Shown here: piece by piece, positions 62,195 through 64,000 of the stretch | Position numbering within the stretch: the stretch's first letter is position 1 | How the letters are laid out: each line of letters starts with the position of its first letter | Origin: Aulosira sp. ZfuVER01 | GTDB lineage: Bacteria; Cyanobacteriota; Cyanobacteriia; Cyanobacteriales; Nostocaceae | Direction of reading: 5' to 3' | NCBI GenBank assembly: GCA_034530615.2 | Contig: JAVRCV020000051.1 | Location: 64,001-128,000, forward strand | DNA length: 64,000 bases | The notes under the pieces: model-generated | Seen by the model: the letters and a program-made list of their open reading frames with translations, nothing else | What the model was told of the DNA's origin: nothing | Databases searched by the model: none | Made by a program: the position numbers and the translations under genes

Positions 62195-64000
62195 ATGCAG
62201 CAAGATAAAGAGCCAATATTGAAAGATTTAGTACTGATTGGTGGTGGTCACAGCCATGCAATTGTGCTGAGAATGTTTGCTATGAAACCTCTGCCTGGTG
62301 TGCGTTTGACCTTGATTACAGAAAATTCAGATACACCTTATTCGGGAATGTTACCAGGACACATTGCTGGTTTTTACAGCCACGAGGAATGCCATATAGA
62401 CTTACGACCATTAGCCCAATTTGCCCAAGCACAGTTGTATATCGATCGAGTTGTTAATCTGGATTTAAAAAATAATAAAGTAATTTGTGCTAACCGTCCT
62501 ACTGTAGATTTTGATGTGCTTTCTGTTGATATTGGCAGTACTCCAGCAAAAATATCTGTATCAGAAGCGGCAGAATATGTGATTCCAGCAAAACCAGTGT
62601 CAAAATTACTGAAAAATTGGGATCAATTAGTAAAAACTGTGGAAGAACATCCGCAAGCAGCGATTAGCATTGCGATCGCAGGTGGTGGTGCAGGTGGTGT
62701 AGAATTGGCGCTGTCAATGCAAGCCCATTTACAGCAGATTTTACAGCACTCAGGGGCTTTAGAAATTCATTTGTTCCAGCGCGATCGCCAACTAATGCCA
62801 AAGCATCATCAATCAGTGCGGCAGCAAGTTCAGCAAATTCTCATTAAGCGTGGTATAAAACTGCATCTAGGAGAAACAGTTTCTCAAGTTGCAATTCTTA
62901 CGCAGAAAGGAAATCAAGAAGTATTGCAAATTCAATGTGAATCTGGGTTAACAGTAGAGTGCAACAAAATTTTCTGGGTAACACAAGCAGCTGCACCTGA
63001 GTGGTTAAAAAAGACGGAATTGGGAACTGATGAACAGGGCTTTATTTTGGTAAATAAAACATTACAATCCCAAACGCATCCCTATGTATTTGCTGCTGGT
63101 GATATTGCCACAATGGTTAATTATCGCCTAGCAAAAGCTGGGGTATTTGCTGTGCGTCAAGGTAAGCCTTTATTTGAGAATTTACAGCGATATTTATTAG
63201 GTAAACCCCTTAAACACTACAAACCACAGAAGCAATATCTCAGTTTAATTGGTACAGGAGATGGACAGGCGATCACAACCAAAGGTGCATTCACTTTACC
63301 ACCCCATAAATTATTGTGGCGTTGGAAAGATTGGATTGATAGGCGCTTTATGCAACGCTTCCAAAATCTGCCAGAGATGAAACAGAAATTTCAACTCTCA
63401 ACTCAGCACTCACAACTCAGTACTCAAATACGTTGCGCTGGATGTGGTTCTAAAGTTGCTAGTACAGTTTTAAAACAAGTTCTGTACCGCATTCAGCAAG
63501 AACAACCTATTGGAGAAGAAAGAAAAGATATCATCATCGGTTTAGATGCACCAGATGATGCAGCAGTAGTGCAGATATCCACCGGACAGTTAATGGTACA
63601 GACGCTAGATTATTTTTCGGCTTTGATTAACGACCCTTATATTTTTGGACAAATTAGCGCCAATCATTGCTTGAGCGATCTTTTTGCAATGGGAGCTACG
63701 CCTCATAGTACATTAGCGATCGCTTCTATTCCCTATGCTGCACCAGCGAAACTTGCAGAAACTCTTTACCAATTATTATCGGGTGCTGTCAAGGTTTTTA
63801 ATCAAGCAGGCGCGCCTCTAATTGGCGGACACACTAGCGAAGGTGCGGACTTAGCTTTTGGCTTAACTTGCAACGGTGTTGTCGAACCTCACAAGCTGTT
63901 GCGTAAAAGCGGTATGCAACCCGGACAAGTGCTAGTTTTAACCAAAGCGCTGGGAACCGGGACATTATTTGCTGCTGATATGCGCCGCCAAGCTAAAGGC
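62195..64000 (+). CDS. selD: FAD-dependent oxidoreductase-selenide,water dikinase fusion (runs off window end)
   Basis: Not in the ORF track because it has no stop in the window. Manual translation: MQQDKEPILKDLVLIGGGHSH..YSGMLPG..GGGAGGVE..FAAGDIA..KAGVFAVRQG..RCAGCGSKV..DDAAV..SDLFAMG..GGHT..LTKALGTG. Confidence 0.92.
   Translation, partial: MQQDKEPILKDLVLIGGGHSHAIVLRMFAMKPLPGVRLTLITENSDTPYSGMLPGHIAGFYSHEECHIDLRPLAQFAQAQLYIDRVVNLDLKNNKVICANRPTVDFDVLSVDIGSTPAKISVSEAAEYVIPAKPVSKLLKNWDQLVKTVEEHPQAAISIAIAGGGAGGVELALSMQAHLQQILQHSGALEIHLFQRDRQLMPKHHQSVRQQVQQILIKRGIKLHLGETVSQVAILTQKGNQEVLQIQCESGLTVECNKIFWVTQAAAPEWLKKTELGTDEQGFILVNKTLQSQTHPYVFAAGDIATMVNYRLAKAGVFAVRQGKPLFENLQRYLLGKPLKHYKPQKQYLSLIGTGDGQAITTKGAFTLPPHKLLWRWKDWIDRRFMQRFQNLPEMKQKFQLSTQHSQLSTQIRCAGCGSKVASTVLKQVLYRIQQEQPIGEERKDIIIGLDAPDDAAVVQISTGQLMVQTLDYFSALINDPYIFGQISANHCLSDLFAMGATPHSTLAIASIPYAAPAKLAETLYQLLSGAVKVFNQAGAPLIGGHTSEGADLAFGLTCNGVVEPHKLLRKSGMQPGQVLVLTKALGTGTLFAADMRRQAKG

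Overview
A 64-kb chromosomal segment from a filamentous cyanobacterium, probably Nostocales. The assignment rests on frequent HIP1 GCGATCGC sites, heptamer tandem repeats (STRRs), nblA and xisHI. Core genes (iscA, thyD, a CtaA-like Cu-ATPase, a Ser/Thr kinase, nblA, PP2C, ABC1 kinase, acnB, ferredoxin, purN, partial selD fusion) are interrupted by two accessory blocks. Block 1 (~19.7-30.2 kb) has three parts: (a) a MerR-controlled heavy-metal module with three operator copies, a truncated methyltransferase and a 32-codon remnant of a plant-like phytochelatin synthase that ends at a HIP1 site; (b) a PEP-CTERM gene and an HTH-AAA ATPase gene; (c) a vapBC-type pair bracketed by two identical 34-bp HIP1-capped hairpin repeats, followed by a NucS-like nuclease and xisI with a nonsense-mutated xisH. 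Block 2 (~40.9-50.3 kb) holds two related MITEs (one nested as REP-like repeat > MITE > small repeat), a receptor-less CheB/CheR hybrid kinase locus with a small EE/QQ-rich helical protein and a CheB-GAF protein lacking its catalytic Asp, a ParE remnant and a persulfide-detoxification operon. Three paralogous pentapeptide-repeat genes lie near the right end. I saw no rRNA, tRNA, CRISPR array, transposase or integrase. All assignments are by eye from sequence motifs; no searches were run.
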